A stretch of DNA of 64,000 nt from an uncultured cyanobacterium (GCA_963793265.1 CAWBZI010000006.1:576001-640000), one strand, 5' to 3'. Positions 29,701-40,940 are shown, counted from the first letter of the stretch. Translations and numbers: made by a program. Notes: a model not told the origin generated them from the letters alone.

Positions 29701-31387
29701 TGGTTGTTGTTGCAGAAGTGATAATCGCCTCTCTAATCGAGTCGATAGGCGGATTAGTTACCTGAGCAAAAAGTTGTTGAAAGTAGTTGTAAAGCAGCTT
29801 TGGCCGGTTAGAAAGCACAGGCAGAGGTGTATCTGTACCCATTGCCCCAATCGCTTCTACAGCATTTTTACCCATCGGGGCAAGCAGCATCCGCAGCTCT
29901 TCAAACGTGTAGCCAAAGGCAATTTGCCGCTGCGTAACCGTATCAGCATCCGCTTTCACCATCGCCTCTTCAGGCGCATCCGGTAGCTGCTCTAGCTCAA
30001 CTAAGTTCTCATCTAGCCACTTTTGGTAGGGCTTTGCTGAGGTAATCTGTTGCTTAATTTCTTCATCGGGCACAATTCGCCCTGCTTTGGTATCCACCAG
30101 AAACATTTTGCCGGGCTCTAACCGACCTTTTCGCACCACGTCTTCAGGCGGAATATCCAACACACCTGCTTCAGAAGCCATCACCACCAAATCGTCTTTA
30201 GTGACATAGTAGCGGCCAGGACGAAGACCGTTTCTATCGAGTACCGCGCCCATTTGAGTGCCGTCTGTAAAGGCAATCGAAGCCGGGCCGTCCCAGGGCT
30301 CAATCAGGCAAGAGTGATACTCGTAAAACGCTTTTTTCTGCGCGTCCATCGTCTCATGACCAGACCAGGGTTCGGGCACCATCATCATCAGAGAATGGGG
30401 GAGCGACCTGCCACTGAGCGCCAGCATCTCCAACGTGTTATCAAAAATCGTCGAGTCACTGCCGTCTATATTAATTAGCGGCTTAGCCTTCTCAAGATCC
30501 TCACCAAACAGATCCGACTCAAGCATGGACTGACGCGCTGTCATCCAGTTAATATTGCCGCGCAGGGTGTTGATTTCGCCGTTGTGCGCAATGTAGCGGT
30601 AGGGGTGCGATCGCTCCCAGCTCGGAAACGTATTCGTACTAAAGCGCGAGTGCACCAGTGAAATCGCACTCTCCATCTCAGGATCGTTCAAATCCGGGTA
30701 GTACTTCGCCACCTGCTCGGGCATCAACATGCCCTTATACACAATCGTGCGACACGACACGCTTGCTACATACCAATAGTTGCGATCGCCTGCCCCCCGA
30801 ATAGCCCGATGCGCCAGCTTCCGCACCAGATAAAGCTTCCGCTCTAGCCCTAACTCATCCAAATCATTCAACCGGCCCTTACCAATAAAAGCCTGTTGCA
30901 TAAACGGCTCACTCGCCTGCGCTGTCGGCCCCAAAGATGCATTATCAGTCGGCACGTCTCGCCAACCGAGCACTTCCAATCCGGCCTCAGCGACGACCGT
31001 CTCAAACTTTTTACGCCCTTCAGCCCGCACTTGCGCATTCGGACTTGCATAGATCATGGCGACGCCATACTGCCCTGGTGCTGGCAGCTCAAACCCTTCT
31101 GCTGCGGCCTCTTTCGCCATAAACTTGTGCGGAATTTGCAGCAAGATCCCTGCGCCGTCGCCCGTATTTGGCTCAGCGCCCACAGCACCTCTGTGATCTA
31201 AGTTCAGCAATACGGTCAGCCCTTGCTGCACAATGTCATGAGAGGTTTTGCCTTTCATTTGCACGACAAAGCCGACACCGCAAGCGTCGTGCTCATGAGC
31301 GGGATCGTAAAGACCTTGCTTTAGGGGCTGTTGTTGGGGCGGGAATTGGTTTATGGGGCTATTGGGAGATTGAACGGAAAGAGCCAT
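26741..31387 (-). CDS. gltB: Glutamate synthase large subunit
   Basis: DACGVG N-terminal Cys, [23 protein letters not shown] and 3Fe-4[13 protein letters not shown]; adjacent to gltD. Confidence 0.97.
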   Translation of the reverse strand: MALSVQSPNSPINQFPPQQQPLKQGLYDPAHEHDACGVGFVVQMKGKTSHDIVQQGLTVLLNLDHRGAVGAEPNTGDGAGILLQIPHKFMAKEAAAEGFELPAPGQYGVAMIYASPNAQVRAEGRKKFETVVAEAGLEVLGWRDVPTDNASLGPTAQASEPFMQQAFIGKGRLNDLDELGLERKLYLVRKLAHRAIRGAGDRNYWYVASVSCRTIVYKGMLMPEQVAKYYPDLNDPEMESAISLVHSRFSTNTFPSWERSHPYRYIAHNGEINTLRGNINWMTARQSMLESDLFGEDLEKAKPLINIDGSDSTIFDNTLEMLALSGRSLPHSLMMMVPEPWSGHETMDAQKKAFYEYHSCLIEPWDGPASIAFTDGTQMGAVLDRNGLRPGRYYVTKDDLVVMASEAGVLDIPPEDVVRKGRLEPGKMFLVDTKAGRIVPDEEIKQQITSAKPYQKWLDENLVELEQLPDAPEEAMVKADADTVTQRQIAFGYTFEELRMLLAPMGKNAVEAIGAMGTDTPLPVLSNRPKLLYNYFQQLFAQVTNPPIDSIREAIITSATTTIGSERNLLEPTPESCHLLQLKTPFITNSELAKIKHNSEFKTSVLPILFDPDTGEAGLAGAIEALCMKADEEIEAGKEILVLSDRDIAQNRAPIPALLAVAGLHHHLIRTGTRTRVGIVLESGEPREVHHFAVLLGYGCGAINPYMAFETFQRMIDENLLRDVEFKAACKNYIKAATKGVVKIAAKIGISTIQSYRGAQIFEAIGLNESVTNKYFTWTASRIQGVGLDVLAQEAIMRHRHAFPDRPTSETKNAATLEAGGEYQWRKDGEAHLLSPQSIHLLQKATRDGDYELYKKYALLVNEQGKNFFRLRDLLDFQPQEPVPIEEVESVDAIMSRFKTGAMSYGSISQEAHETLAIAMNRIGGRSNTGEGGEDPARYTWTNERGDSKNSAIKQVASGRFGVSSLYLSKAKEIQIKMAQGAKPGEGGQLPGKKVYPWIAKVRNSTPGVGLISPPPHHDIYSIEDLAELIHDLKNANREARVSVKLVSEVGVGTIAAGVAKAHADVVLVSGFDGGTGASPQTSIKHAGLPWELGLAETHQTLVLNNLRSRIVIETDGQMKTGRDVAIAALLGAEEFGFSTAPLVSLGCIMMRVCHLNTCPVGVATQNPELRKQFKGDPEHAVNFMKFIAQETREIMAELGFRSLNEMVGRTDVLAAKTAIDHWKARGIDLSALLHKPDVGPEIGRYCTEAQNHGLDKSLDMTQLLEICKPAIERGEKVKAKLPIRNIHRVVGTIVGNEITKNHEEGLPEDTVHLHFEGTAGQSFGAFTPKGMTLELEGDTNDYLGKGLSGGKIVLYPAKASTLVPEENIIAGNVALYGATSGEAYINGMAGERFCVRNSGATAVVEGVGDHGCEYMTGGKAIILGLTGRNFAAGMSGGVAYVLDEVGDFASRCNTEMVGLECVETTGESQELRDIIQRHVDYTGSGKAKSLLENWEATLPKFVKVMPRDYKRVLQHIQKALADGLSNDEAMSAAFEENARDIARVSGG

Positions 31388-31759
31388 CGCAAAAAAACCA
31401 GAAAAAGTGGAGGACTGTTCTCAAGGCAAGTTGATTACAGATAAAGAATCCACGACAGAAGAACTGCTGTGGATAGATGCCGAGCGGATAACGCCCGTTG
31501 TAAAAGGCATTTACCTTTCAGGGTTATCTATTGTCTCTCATTCAAGAGGAGGAGGATACTTGCCTTAATAAAAACTGTAGATGCCGTAATAAAAACACCG
31601 AAAATGTTACAAAACATCTCCGTAGTGCTTTTTTAGACACTCATAGCGTCAGGCGTCGCCCTGTAAAATTCTGGTAGGTAGGCTACTTTTTAAGATTGTC
31701 TTAGGAGTTGGCACGTCTTGCCATCATTACGCCCTCCGGCCTCTTCATGCCCCCCAGCT

Positions 31760-32515
31760 TCACACCGCCAAGAACTTCTGAATCACATCGCCGCTGAGCT
31801 GACTCGCCTCTCCCGAGGCTACAATCCCGCCTTTCTGCATGGCGTAGTAATAGTCAGCCTGCTGCGCAAAATGCAAATGCTGCTCTACTAATAAAACTGA
31901 GACACCGCTAGTTTCTACAATTTGGCGCACGGCGTTTTCAATGTCGAGAATAATAGAGGGCTGAATGCCTTCGGTGGGTTCGTCGAGTACGAGCAGCTTT
32001 GGGCGACCCATCAGGGCGCGGGCGATCGCTAACTGCTGCTGCTGCCCCCCACTCAAATCTCCCCCCATCCGCGAAAGCATCTGCTTCAGCACAGGAAAAA
32101 GCTGCATAATATCTTCTGGAATAGTGTCGCGATCGCCCTTCTCCCGTGTCGCCTTCGCCTCCAATCCAATAATCAAATTCTCTTTCACCGTCAGTCGAGG
32201 AATCACCTCACGCCCCTGCGGCACGTAGCCGATGCCGAGTCTTGCTCTTTTATTAGTGGGTAAAGGGAGTAGCGATCGCCCCTCATACTCAATCCGCCCA
32301 CTGCGCGGAGCCAGCAGGCCAATAATTGTCTTAAGCATGGTTGTTTTGCCCACGCCATTGCGCCCAATCAGGCAAACCATCTTGCCTTTTGGAATCGTCA
32401 TATCTACGTCGCGCAAGATATGACTTTCTCCGTAATAGACATTGAGTCCAGAAACCTTAAGCGTCGGCGCAGTCGTGGCGGCTGAGACAGGCGGCAATAC
32501 AGAAGCTTGAATCAT
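31760..32515 (-). CDS. urtE: Urea ABC transporter ATP-binding subunit
   Basis: GRNGVGKT, LSGGQQQQL and LDEPTEGIQPS; operon context. Confidence 0.93.
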   Translation of the reverse strand: MIQASVLPPVSAATTAPTLKVSGLNVYYGESHILRDVDMTIPKGKMVCLIGRNGVGKTTMLKTIIGLLAPRSGRIEYEGRSLLPLPTNKRARLGIGYVPQGREVIPRLTVKENLIIGLEAKATREKGDRDTIPEDIMQLFPVLKQMLSRMGGDLSGGQQQQLAIARALMGRPKLLVLDEPTEGIQPSIILDIENAVRQIVETSGVSVLLVEQHLHFAQQADYYYAMQKGGIVASGEASQLSGDVIQKFLAV

Positions 32516-32523
32516 GACAAATA

Positions 32524-32569
32524 TCTCTTATCCCTTGTTCTCTTATTCTCTTATCCCTTGTTCTCTTAT
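32524..32569. repeat. 23-bp tandem duplication built from 7-8 nt units
   Basis: tctcttatcccttgttctcttat x2 between urtD and urtE. Confidence 0.9.
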
Positions 32570-32595
32570 ATAGAGGCAAATTTATGAAGGCAGAT

Positions 32596-33375
32596 CTAAT
32601 GCGCGTCTGGGTCGCCCAAATACACCTTAACCACACGAGGATCAACCTGAATTTCGTCCATTGTCCCCTCACACAGAACGCTGCCCTCATGCAGCACCGT
32701 TACCTTATTATCTCGGGCAATCTGACGCACAAATTCCATATCGTGTTCAATCACTATCACCCCATGACTTTGCGCCAAAGAGATCAATAGCTCGCCCGTG
32801 CGCTCAGTCTCTTCATCGGTCAATCCTGCCACCGGCTCGTCTACCAGTAGTAGATCTGGCGACTGTGCCACCAGCATTCCAATCTCTAGCCATTGCTTTT
32901 CACCATGAGAAAGCAGCGCCGCCGGTACATCGGCCTTAGCACTGAGCCCCACCGTTTCAAGCAACCCACCCACTGTTCGAGACTCCGCTTTTGGCGTCGG
33001 CTTAAATAGCGTATTCCAAACCGTTTTGGTGCGATTGCAAGAAAGTTCTAAATTCTCTCGTGGGGTCAGGTTCAAATACACGCGGGGCGTTTGGAATTTA
33101 CGACCAATGCCAAGGCGGGCGATCGCATGTTCTGGCATCGCCTTAATGTCTTTTCCCTTAAATAAGGCTCGCCCCTCAGTCGGCTGCACTTTCCCCGTAA
33201 TCACATCCAAAAAGGTCGTCTTCCCCGCCCCGTTTGGCCCGATAATCACCCGTAGCTCTTGCGATCGCACCGCAAAATTCAGACCATTAATCGCCTTAAA
33301 GCCATCAAAGCTAACGGTCACATCCTCAATCTTCAACAGGGGAACCGTTGGTTTCTCTAATACATCTGTAGGCAC
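32596..33375 (-). CDS. urtD: Urea ABC transporter ATP-binding subunit
   Basis: GPNGAGKT, GIGRKFQTP and LSHGEKQWLEIG. Confidence 0.93.
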   Translation of the reverse strand: MPTDVLEKPTVPLLKIEDVTVSFDGFKAINGLNFAVRSQELRVIIGPNGAGKTTFLDVITGKVQPTEGRALFKGKDIKAMPEHAIARLGIGRKFQTPRVYLNLTPRENLELSCNRTKTVWNTLFKPTPKAESRTVGGLLETVGLSAKADVPAALLSHGEKQWLEIGMLVAQSPDLLLVDEPVAGLTDEETERTGELLISLAQSHGVIVIEHDMEFVRQIARDNKVTVLHEGSVLCEGTMDEIQVDPRVVKVYLGDPDAH

Positions 33376-33397
33376 AACAGAAATCTCCTTTTAATGG

Positions 33398-34642
33398 CTA
33401 TGAATTAGGCCGCTGAGTCGCAGCCGGATCGGGCTCTACGGTCGTAACTTGGCCAGGCGGCGATACTGACGACGAGCCGTACATCTCCGCTTCCTGACGA
33501 ATTCTCTCGTCCACTTCCAACTGCGGGTAAGTTGCTGACGGCGTAGGTTTGCCAAAGAGCGATCTGAACTGATCTACCGCTCGATACCGCGCCCAGCCAA
33601 CAATTCCATCGGGCAGCACCGTTACGACAATCAAGAACAAAGCACCCTGGAAAAACAGCCAAATCGTCGGATAGTTTTCACTCAGTAGCGCCTGCCCGCC
33701 GCGCACCGCTAGCGCACCAACAATCGCGCCAATCAGCGTACCGCGACCGCCCACCGCCACCCAAATCACCATCTCAATCGAGAAAGCAATATCCATATAC
33801 TGCGGCGACACAATCCCCGATTGCACCGTATACAGCGCCCCCGCAACCCCAGCAATACCGCCCGAAACCGCAAACACCAGCACCTTAAACGCCGTTGGAT
33901 CGTAGCCTGAAAATCGCAGCCGGTTCTCGTCGTCCCGAATTGCAATCAGCATTCGCCCAAAGCGCCCACTGGTTAGCCAGCGACATAGGCCGTATGAGAG
34001 CGCCAGCATCAGCACCGTTATGCAGTAAAAAGTAAACTGCATGTTGTCGCCACCGACTGACTGACCAAACATCGTGGCTGTATTTGTCTTTAGGCCGTTG
34101 GTGCCATTAATTAGCTCTTGCTGACCGTTGAAGAAGTTAAAAAAGACGACTAGCGCGGCCTGCGTGAGGATAGAGAAATAGACGCCGCGAATGCGGTTGC
34201 GAAACACCAGGTAGCCGAGCGCGCCAGCAATCAGCGTTGGAATTAGGAAAATTGCAATTAGCGTGAAAGGGAATGAGTAAAACGGCTTCCAAAACCACGG
34301 TAGCTCGGAGACACCGTACAGGCTAAAGAAATCAGGAATACCGTCTCCGATGCCTTGCAGTTGCAAGAACATGGCAAAGGCATAGCCGCCAAGGGCAAAA
34401 AATATGCCGTGTCCTAAGCTAAGTAGGCCGGTAAAGCCCCAGATTAGGTCAATGCCTAAGGCGACGATTGCCAAAGAGAGAAAGCGACTGAAAAGACCTA
34501 AGCGAAAGTTTGAAATAAATGAGGGGACTACGAAGATGAGAATGAGGGCGATCGCACACACCGCAATCACCTCTAACCGCTTCCGCCCCTTTGCCTTTTT
34601 AGGCGCAGTTGAAATGCCCGAATCTGTTACAACACCAGCCAT
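33398..34642 (-). CDS. urtC: Urea ABC transporter permease
   Basis: DLIWGFTGLLSLGHG, GVYFSILTQA and IEMVIWVAVGGR. Confidence 0.93.
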   Translation of the reverse strand: MAGVVTDSGISTAPKKAKGRKRLEVIAVCAIALILIFVVPSFISNFRLGLFSRFLSLAIVALGIDLIWGFTGLLSLGHGIFFALGGYAFAMFLQLQGIGDGIPDFFSLYGVSELPWFWKPFYSFPFTLIAIFLIPTLIAGALGYLVFRNRIRGVYFSILTQAALVVFFNFFNGQQELINGTNGLKTNTATMFGQSVGGDNMQFTFYCITVLMLALSYGLCRWLTSGRFGRMLIAIRDDENRLRFSGYDPTAFKVLVFAVSGGIAGVAGALYTVQSGIVSPQYMDIAFSIEMVIWVAVGGRGTLIGAIVGALAVRGGQALLSENYPTIWLFFQGALFLIVVTVLPDGIVGWARYRAVDQFRSLFGKPTPSATYPQLEVDERIRQEAEMYGSSSVSPPGQVTTVEPDPAATQRPNS

Positions 34643-34644
34643 CT

Positions 34645-35817
34645 CTATACCTCCGCCGAGCGGCCTTTAGGCGGAAATAGTCCCGCCGGGCGCACCTGTA
34701 AAAACACAATAATCAAGGCAAACACCATCACTTTTGCCATGCTCGTTGTCGCAAAAAAGTTAAAGAAGTCCGTCACCGGCTGCAAGCCTTCATAAGAACT
34801 CAGCAGCAGCGGCACCGTTCCTGAACCCAACAAGTAGGTCAAAACGCCAATGGCCAGCGCTGCAATCACGCTACCCAACAAGTTTCCAACACCGCCTACC
34901 ACCACGACCATAAAGGCGTCCACAATATAGTTCACGCCTAAGTTTGGCCCCACAGAGCCCAGCAGCGTCACCGCAAATCCAGCGACACCTGCTAATCCTG
35001 AACCCAGCGCAAACGTCATCGCATCGACTTGAGCGGTTGGAATACCTAAGCAAGCGCTCATATCCCGGTTTTGAGTCACCGAGCGAATGCGTAAGCCCCA
35101 AGCTGATTTTTGTAAGAACCAATACACGCCAATTAAACACAAGATCGTCAGCGCAATGATAAACAATCTAGAGATTGGAAACTGTAGCGTATCGCTCGCC
35201 GAAAAGCTCCCCTGTAGCCATCGGGGCGCAGTAACGTCCACATTGCGCGTGCTGAACCAGGGTTTTGCCAGGTCTGCATTGTCGTTAAGGCCGTTGCCGA
35301 ACGTCCAGGCGATCGCCCCCGACAGCAAAAACAGCACCGTACTCGCCAAATTCTGCCTGGGCGCACTCAGCCGAGCAAAGCGATCCAGCAGCCATTTACC
35401 GCCAAAGAACAGCCCGCAAAACAGCACCAGCCCCACGACCATCGACCAGCTCACGCTGCGCACAAACTGTCGCAAAATCAGGCTCACGCCCCAGGTTGCC
35501 AGCAGCGTCTCCAAAGGCCGTCCGTACAAAAAGCGAATCACCCCACGTTCTAAAGCCAGCCCCACCAGCGCTGCCACCAAAAAAGCCAGCGGAATCGCCG
35601 CCCAAATATACAGATCTTGCCAGCCCTCCCCCAGCTCCTTGAAGCCGCTTTGCACCACATATGTCGTATAGGCACCTAGCATCATCAGCTCGCCGTGCGC
35701 CAAATTGATCACGCCCATCAGACCAAACACAATCGCCAGTCCGAGCGCCACAATTAACAGCACCGTGCCAATGCTAATGCCGTTAAATACCGTCGTAATT
35801 AACCCGTTTAAATCCAT
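34645..35817 (-). CDS. urtB: Urea ABC transporter permease
   Basis: GLMGVINLAHGELMMLG and RPLETLLATWG. Confidence 0.93.
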   Translation of the reverse strand: MDLNGLITTVFNGISIGTVLLIVALGLAIVFGLMGVINLAHGELMMLGAYTTYVVQSGFKELGEGWQDLYIWAAIPLAFLVAALVGLALERGVIRFLYGRPLETLLATWGVSLILRQFVRSVSWSMVVGLVLFCGLFFGGKWLLDRFARLSAPRQNLASTVLFLLSGAIAWTFGNGLNDNADLAKPWFSTRNVDVTAPRWLQGSFSASDTLQFPISRLFIIALTILCLIGVYWFLQKSAWGLRIRSVTQNRDMSACLGIPTAQVDAMTFALGSGLAGVAGFAVTLLGSVGPNLGVNYIVDAFMVVVVGGVGNLLGSVIAALAIGVLTYLLGSGTVPLLLSSYEGLQPVTDFFNFFATTSMAKVMVFALIIVFLQVRPAGLFPPKGRSAEV

Positions 35818-35946
35818 TCCAGCAGCTCTCGTTTTTTGTGTTGATCGCTCACTTTCGCACCTATATAAAAGGGCCGAAAGTCTTAAAAAACCTCCAGCCC
35901 TTCATCGTCAACCTGGCAGAATATCTATCCCAACCAACATACCGAC

Positions 35947-37257
35947 CTAGATTTCCTCAGCCTTGTACTTACCACCCTTCTCAGCATCAGACCAGTCACA
36001 GGCGTAACCCTTTGTGTCTGCAACATACTGATTCCAGGGAATTGGATCTAGCGGCCCATCGGTAGCAGAAACAATATCAAAGAGGCCGTCTTCGCGCACT
36101 TCACCAATTCGTACCGTCTTAGAAATATGGTGGTTAGGCTGCATGGTCACAAGACCTTCAGGCGCATCAAACGTTTGGCCATAAGCCGCCTCACGCACAG
36201 CCGCAATATCTGTTGTACCCGCCTGCTCTACAGCCTGCGCCCACAGATACACCATAATGTAGGCCGCTTCCATCGGGTCATTCGTCACCCGATCGTCGCC
36301 GTACTTCGCCTTAAAGTCAGCCACCCACTTTTCATTCTCAGGGCTCTCAACCGTTTGGAAGTAGTTCCAGGCCGCGTAATGACCTTCTAAAAACTCAGGC
36401 CCAATTGTCCGAACTTCTTCTTCTGCAATACTGACCGACATCACAGGATACTGGTCAGGCCCCATGCCCGCACTCTTCATTTGCTTAAAGAGAGCAACGT
36501 TGCTGTCGCCGTTCAAGCTGTTGAAGATAACGCCGCCATTCGGCATCGCCTGCTTAATTTTATTGATAATCGGTGTGACTTCCGAGTTACCCAAAGGCAA
36601 GTAGTCCTCACCGGCAACCGTGCCACCGTTTGCAGCTAGCTGCTCTTTAATAATATTGTTCGCAGTGCGCGGGAATACATAGTCAGAGCCGACTAAAAAG
36701 AACTCTTTTCCCTTGTTCTCTAGCAGCCAGTCCACCGCAGGCTCAATCTGCTGGTTAGGTGCTGCGCCCGTATAGAAAATATTTTTAGAACACTCCTGGC
36801 CCTCGTACTGTACGGGGTACCAAAGCATGTGGTCTTTTTCTTCAAACACAGGCAGCACGGCTTTGCGGCTAGCCGATGTCCAGCAGCCAAACACCACGGC
36901 AACTTCATCTTGATCAATTAGCTTCTCTGCTTTCTCTGCAAAGGTAGGCCAGTCAGAAGCGCCGTCTTCTTTAACCGCAACAATTTGCTTTCCCAGCACG
37001 CCGCCAGCAGCGTTAATCTCTTCAATCGCCAGCTCTTCAGCATCGACGACGGTGGTTTCACTAATCGCCATCGTGCCGCTCAAAGAGTGCAAAATGCCGA
37101 CCTTAATCACATCATCGCCACCGGCTGCAACGGTCGTTGCATCACTACCGGCATCTGCTGCGGGCTCGCTGCCGCCACCACAGGCGTTTAATAATACGCT
37201 GGCACCCGCTGCTGCTGAGGTGAATGCCAGAAATTTACGTCTACCAAGTTTTCCCAT
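35947..37257 (-). CDS. urtA: Urea ABC transporter substrate-binding protein
   Basis: Twin-Arg lipoprotein signal (GRRKFL...LNAC), [25 protein letters not shown] and YPVQYEG; ATG at 37257. Confidence 0.95.
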   Translation of the reverse strand: MGKLGRRKFLAFTSAAAGASVLLNACGGGSEPAADAGSDATTVAAGGDDVIKVGILHSLSGTMAISETTVVDAEELAIEEINAAGGVLGKQIVAVKEDGASDWPTFAEKAEKLIDQDEVAVVFGCWTSASRKAVLPVFEEKDHMLWYPVQYEGQECSKNIFYTGAAPNQQIEPAVDWLLENKGKEFFLVGSDYVFPRTANNIIKEQLAANGGTVAGEDYLPLGNSEVTPIINKIKQAMPNGGVIFNSLNGDSNVALFKQMKSAGMGPDQYPVMSVSIAEEEVRTIGPEFLEGHYAAWNYFQTVESPENEKWVADFKAKYGDDRVTNDPMEAAYIMVYLWAQAVEQAGTTDIAAVREAAYGQTFDAPEGLVTMQPNHHISKTVRIGEVREDGLFDIVSATDGPLDPIPWNQYVADTKGYACDWSDAEKGGKYKAEEI

Positions 37258-37348
37258 TAACCGATCTCGAACTCCCTTAAAATCATGCTTAAAACAGATG
37301 CCCAGTCGCGCTTTGCAAGGTATAAGCGCTTTTACTGATCGTGGGGGT

Positions 37349-37390
37349 ATCGTATGGCTCCAACATCGCCAAAGTTGTATCACAAGATAC
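37349..37390 (-). promoter_or_regulatory. Class II NtcA-activated promoter of urtA
   Basis: GTATCACAAGATAC (37377-37390, GTA-N8-TAC), exactly 22 nt, then -10 TACGAT on the minus strand (37354-37349). Confidence 0.9.
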
Positions 37391-37442
37391 GAAATATGAT
37401 TACGTTCCTGTAATTGAGCGATCGCCTTCTAGCACAAATCCT

Positions 37443-39182
37443 CTAAAACAAAAAATAACGCTGTGCCATGGGCAGCACATCGGCAGGCTCGCAAGTCAGC
37501 AGCTTGCCATCGACCCGCACCTCAAACGTTTCCGGCGTCACCTCAATGTTGGGCAGCGTTCCATTCAGCTTCAGATCAGTTTTTTTCACAGCCCGCGTAT
37601 CAAACACCGGACGCAGCCTTTTTGCATTCAAGCCCACCTGTTCGGCAATGCCTAAATCCATCGCTGCTTGGGAAACAAAAGTGTAGGCAGTGCTAGCGAT
37701 CGCCTTCCCGTAGCTGCCAAACATGGGCCGCATATACACTGGCCCCGGCGTTGAAATACTCGCATTGGCATCGCCCATCTGCGCCCAAGCAATAAAGCCG
37801 CCTTTGACAACAATATCTGGCTTTACGCCAAAGAAAGCGGGATTCCACAGGCAAAGATCGGCCAGCTTGCCTTCTTCTACTGAGCCGACACAGTGAGAAA
37901 TGCCGTGTGCGATCGCTGGATTAATCGTGTACTTCGCCACATACCGCTTAGCCCGATAGTTATCATGCGTCTCACCGTCATTCTCAGGATTCGGCAGTAG
38001 CCCCTTCTGCACCTTCATCTTGTGCGCCGTCTGCCACGTCCGCGTAATCACCTCACCCACTCGCCCCATCGCCTGTGAGTCAGAAGCCATAATACTAAAA
38101 GCCCCCATGTCATGTAGCAAATCCTCAGCGGCAATTGTCTCACGCCGAATCCGAGACTCTGCAAACTTCACATCTTCAGGAATGTTTTTATCGAGGTGAT
38201 GGCACACCATCAGCATGTCTTTGTGCTCATCAAAGGTGTTGATGGTATAAGGCCGCGTTGGATTAGTAGAGGCGGGTAGAACATTGTTGTATTTGCAAAC
38301 CGTGAGAATATCAGGAGAGTGCCCGCCGCCTGCGCCTTCAGTGTGAAAAGTATGAATCACCCGATCTTTAAAGGCCGCAACTGTCGTTTCAACAAACCCA
38401 GACTCATTCAAGGAATCGGTATGAATCGCCACCTGCACATCGTATTCATCAGCCACAGTTAGGCAGGTATCAATCGCCGCTGCCGTGGTGCCCCAGTCTT
38501 CGTGCAGCTTCAGACTCATCGCCCCCGCCTGCACCTGAGCCACTAGCTCTTGAGGCTGACTAGAATTGCCCTTGCCCATAAAGCCAAGGTTCATCGGGAA
38601 AGCTTCAGCCGCTTCTAACATGCGGTGAATGTTCCAAGCGCCGGGTGTACAGGTGGTTGCCAGGGTGCCTGTCGCTGGGCCAGTGCCGCCGCCGAGCATG
38701 GTGGTGACGCCGGATGCGATCGCCACCTCAATCTGCTGCGGACAAATAAAGTGAATATGCGAATCAATCGCCCCTGCCGTTAAGATCTTGCCCTCACCCG
38801 CAATAATCTCCGTACTCGGCCCAATAATAATGTCAATATCGTTTTGCGTATAAGGATTACCCGCCTTTCCGATTTTGGCAATATTGCCATCCTTAATCCC
38901 CACATCCGCCTTCACCACGCCCCACCAGTCTAAAATCAGCGCGTTCGTAATCACCGCATCCACCGCGCCATCTTCTCTAGAAATTGGCGACTGACCCATA
39001 CCATCGCGAATCACCTTACCGCCGCCAAACTTCACCTCGTCGCCGTAGTAGGTGCCGCCGTAGGTTGTCAGGTCTTGTTCCACTTCAATGAATAGTTCGG
39101 TATCGGCTAGGCGAATGCGATCGCCCACCGTTGGCCCAAACGTATCAGCATAATCTCGGCGGCTAATGTAATTACTCATCAC
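37443..39182 (-). CDS. ureC: Urease subunit alpha
   Basis: [36 protein letters not shown] and [10 protein letters not shown]. Confidence 0.98.
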   Translation of the reverse strand: MMSNYISRRDYADTFGPTVGDRIRLADTELFIEVEQDLTTYGGTYYGDEVKFGGGKVIRDGMGQSPISREDGAVDAVITNALILDWWGVVKADVGIKDGNIAKIGKAGNPYTQNDIDIIIGPSTEIIAGEGKILTAGAIDSHIHFICPQQIEVAIASGVTTMLGGGTGPATGTLATTCTPGAWNIHRMLEAAEAFPMNLGFMGKGNSSQPQELVAQVQAGAMSLKLHEDWGTTAAAIDTCLTVADEYDVQVAIHTDSLNESGFVETTVAAFKDRVIHTFHTEGAGGGHSPDILTVCKYNNVLPASTNPTRPYTINTFDEHKDMLMVCHHLDKNIPEDVKFAESRIRRETIAAEDLLHDMGAFSIMASDSQAMGRVGEVITRTWQTAHKMKVQKGLLPNPENDGETHDNYRAKRYVAKYTINPAIAHGISHCVGSVEEGKLADLCLWNPAFFGVKPDIVVKGGFIAWAQMGDANASISTPGPVYMRPMFGSYGKAIASTAYTFVSQAAMDLGIAEQVGLNAKRLRPVFDTRAVKKTDLKLNGTLPNIEVTPETFEVRVDGKLLTCEPADVLPMAQRYFLF

Positions 39183-39189
39183 TCACTCA
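39116..39189. repeat. Direct repeat copy 1 (ureC 5' end, 74 bp)
   Basis: Matches 40005-40078 with 2 mismatches. Confidence 0.95.
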
Positions 39190-39339
39190 ACCATAAAATT
39201 TAGAAGAACAGTTCAGACGGCGTTTATTTAAACAGCATCTTAGGTAGGCAAAAGAATCGTATCTTTCTAAGGGACGCATGAAAAGCTGAATGCAATCAAT
39301 GAATAGGGCTTCATCAGTTTTCTATGATTTTCTAGGACA

Positions 39340-39357
39340 TAACACATATGTTACTAT
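39340..39357 (+). promoter_or_regulatory. TA operator palindrome overlapping a -10 box
   Basis: TAACA-CATA-TGTTA (39340-39353) and TACTAT (39352-39357), just before the toxin ATG; transcript probably leaderless. Confidence 0.55.
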
Positions 39358-39363
39358 CAATCC

Positions 39364-39696
39364 ATGGTGTGGACTATTGAGTACCCTTATCAAGACACTG
39401 AGCAGTTCATTATTGACTTGCCACCTGGCTTGAGCGGGCGATATCTACGACTTGCTGAACTTATGCTGGAGTTTGGATCAAATCTTGGAATGCCTCACAC
39501 TCGGGCGCTGTCTGATGGACTTTTTGAACTGCGCATTAAAGGTAAAGAAGGTATCGCTAGGGTCTTTTACTGCACTCTGGTAAACCAGCGTATCGTCATG
39601 CTCCATGGATTTATAAAGAAATCTCAAAAAACGCCCAAAAAGGAACTAAGGGTTGCTCAGCGCCGTTTAGCAGAGGTCAAAAGCCATGAATCATGA
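39364..39696 (+). CDS. Type II TA toxin, RelE/ParE (Gp49/HigB-like)
   Basis: LGMPHTRAL.DGLFELR...RVFYC...MLHGFIKKSQKTP. Confidence 0.92.
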   Translation: MVWTIEYPYQDTEQFIIDLPPGLSGRYLRLAELMLEFGSNLGMPHTRALSDGLFELRIKGKEGIARVFYCTLVNQRIVMLHGFIKKSQKTPKKELRVAQRRLAEVKSHES

Positions 39697-39985
39697 TGAG
39701 TTGAAGGCAAAGATTCTTTCAAATCCAGAGGTAAAAGCTGCTTATGAAAGTATGAAGCCTGAGTTTGATCTGTTACGACAAATGCTACAGGCCAGGCAAA
39801 ACGCTGGACTGACCCAAGCCGAGGTTGCTGCAAAAATGGGAACTAAAGCGCCTGCTATTACCCGTCTTGAGTCATCTTTAGGGAATGGAAAGCATTCTCC
39901 TTCGCTAGCAACGCTGCAAAGGTACGCTCAAGCCGTAGGTTGCGAACTACAGATAACGTTTGTGCAACAGCCCGATGAGGCTTAA
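39686..39985 (+). CDS. HTH (XRE) antitoxin, HigA-like
   Basis: ARQNAGLTQAEVAAKMGT...RLE...PSLATL; overlaps the toxin stop. Confidence 0.92.
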   Translation: MNHDELKAKILSNPEVKAAYESMKPEFDLLRQMLQARQNAGLTQAEVAAKMGTKAPAITRLESSLGNGKHSPSLATLQRYAQAVGCELQITFVQQPDEA

Positions 39986-40004
39986 TCAACAACGCCTGCG
40001 AGTT

Positions 40005-40078
40005 TGCGATCACCCACCGTCGGCCCAAACGTATCAGCATAATCTCGGCGGCTAATGTAATTACTCATCACTCACTCA
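40005..40078 (-). pseudogene. Duplicated ureC 5' fragment (direct repeat copy 2)
   Basis: Encodes [22 protein letters not shown], then runs into unrelated sequence (KLAGVVD*). Confidence 0.9.
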
Positions 40079-40244
40079 TAAAAAATGGTCAAACTGGCGC
40101 TTAGATAAGCTCTTATTATCAGCATTATCTTGACTGCGAGGCGTTCTGCGCTACTTTGTTCAATAAAAGTAAGCTAGCGCGATCGCCCAGCCTACAAAAG
40201 GTATAATTTTTAGCAGTTTTATCTACGTACAGAGAAATTTCGTC

Positions 40245-40889
40245 ATGGCCCTTTCTCAACTCAATAAGAAAATCACATATAGCACGGCTAGTCTTCTTAC
40301 AGTCGGCATTATTAGCCTGGTCGCTCAGAGCTGTACGGCCGTAGAAGATACCACACTCACTCAAACACCCACGATAGAAAACCCCACAACAGAAACACCT
40401 ACCGCAACAGAAGAACCCGTCGCAGAAAACATCGTCACGATGAACCTGACAGACAAGGACGGCGTAGGCGAAGCAGTCGGCACCGTCACCCTGCAAGACT
40501 CCGAGTACGGCCTGCTCATTACGCCCGATCTCACCGATTTATCTTCCGGCCTCCACGGCTTTCATATCCACGAAAACGCAGCCTGTGGCCCCGGTGAAAA
40601 AGACGGCGAAGTCGTCCCTGGTCTAGCCGCAGGCGGCCACTACGACCCGACAAACACCGGCAGTCACGAAGGCCCTTACGGCAACGGCCACTTGGGCGAT
40701 TTGCCCCCACTTTATGTAGATGCAGATGGTAATGCCACCACCCCAACGCTCGCCCCGCGCCTTACCGTCGCAGATGTCTCAAACCGAGCTTTGATGGTTC
40801 ATATGGATGGCGACAACTTCTCTGATGAACCGGCTGCATTAGGCGGTGGCGGCGCTCGGCTGGCCTGCGGCGTAATTGAGCCAGGATAA
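40245..40889 (+). CDS. sodC: Cu/Zn superoxide dismutase, lipoprotein
   Basis: HGFHIH, GGHYDP, SHEGP, GHLGDL, MVH and RLACG metal-ligand motifs; lipobox VAQSC and Thr/Pro linker. Confidence 0.93.
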   Translation: MALSQLNKKITYSTASLLTVGIISLVAQSCTAVEDTTLTQTPTIENPTTETPTATEEPVAENIVTMNLTDKDGVGEAVGTVTLQDSEYGLLITPDLTDLSSGLHGFHIHENAACGPGEKDGEVVPGLAAGGHYDPTNTGSHEGPYGNGHLGDLPPLYVDADGNATTPTLAPRLTVADVSNRALMVHMDGDNFSDEPAALGGGGARLACGVIEPG

Positions 40890-40902
40890 ATTTAAAGCCA
40901 TG

Positions 40903-40940
40903 AAAAAGCCCCGGACTCATGCATAAGTCTGGGGCTTTTT
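40903..40940. terminator. Bidirectional intrinsic terminator
   Basis: AAAAAGCCCCGGACT...AGTCTGGGGCTTTTT between convergent sodC and rbp. Confidence 0.85.

Noticed and set aside
31388..31720. NtcA box upstream of gltB
   Set aside because: Only an imperfect GTA-N9-TAC was found, with no exact consensus.
37258..37383. Longer urtA start in the ORF track
   Set aside because: It would overlap the NtcA promoter; the signal peptide starts at ATG 37257.
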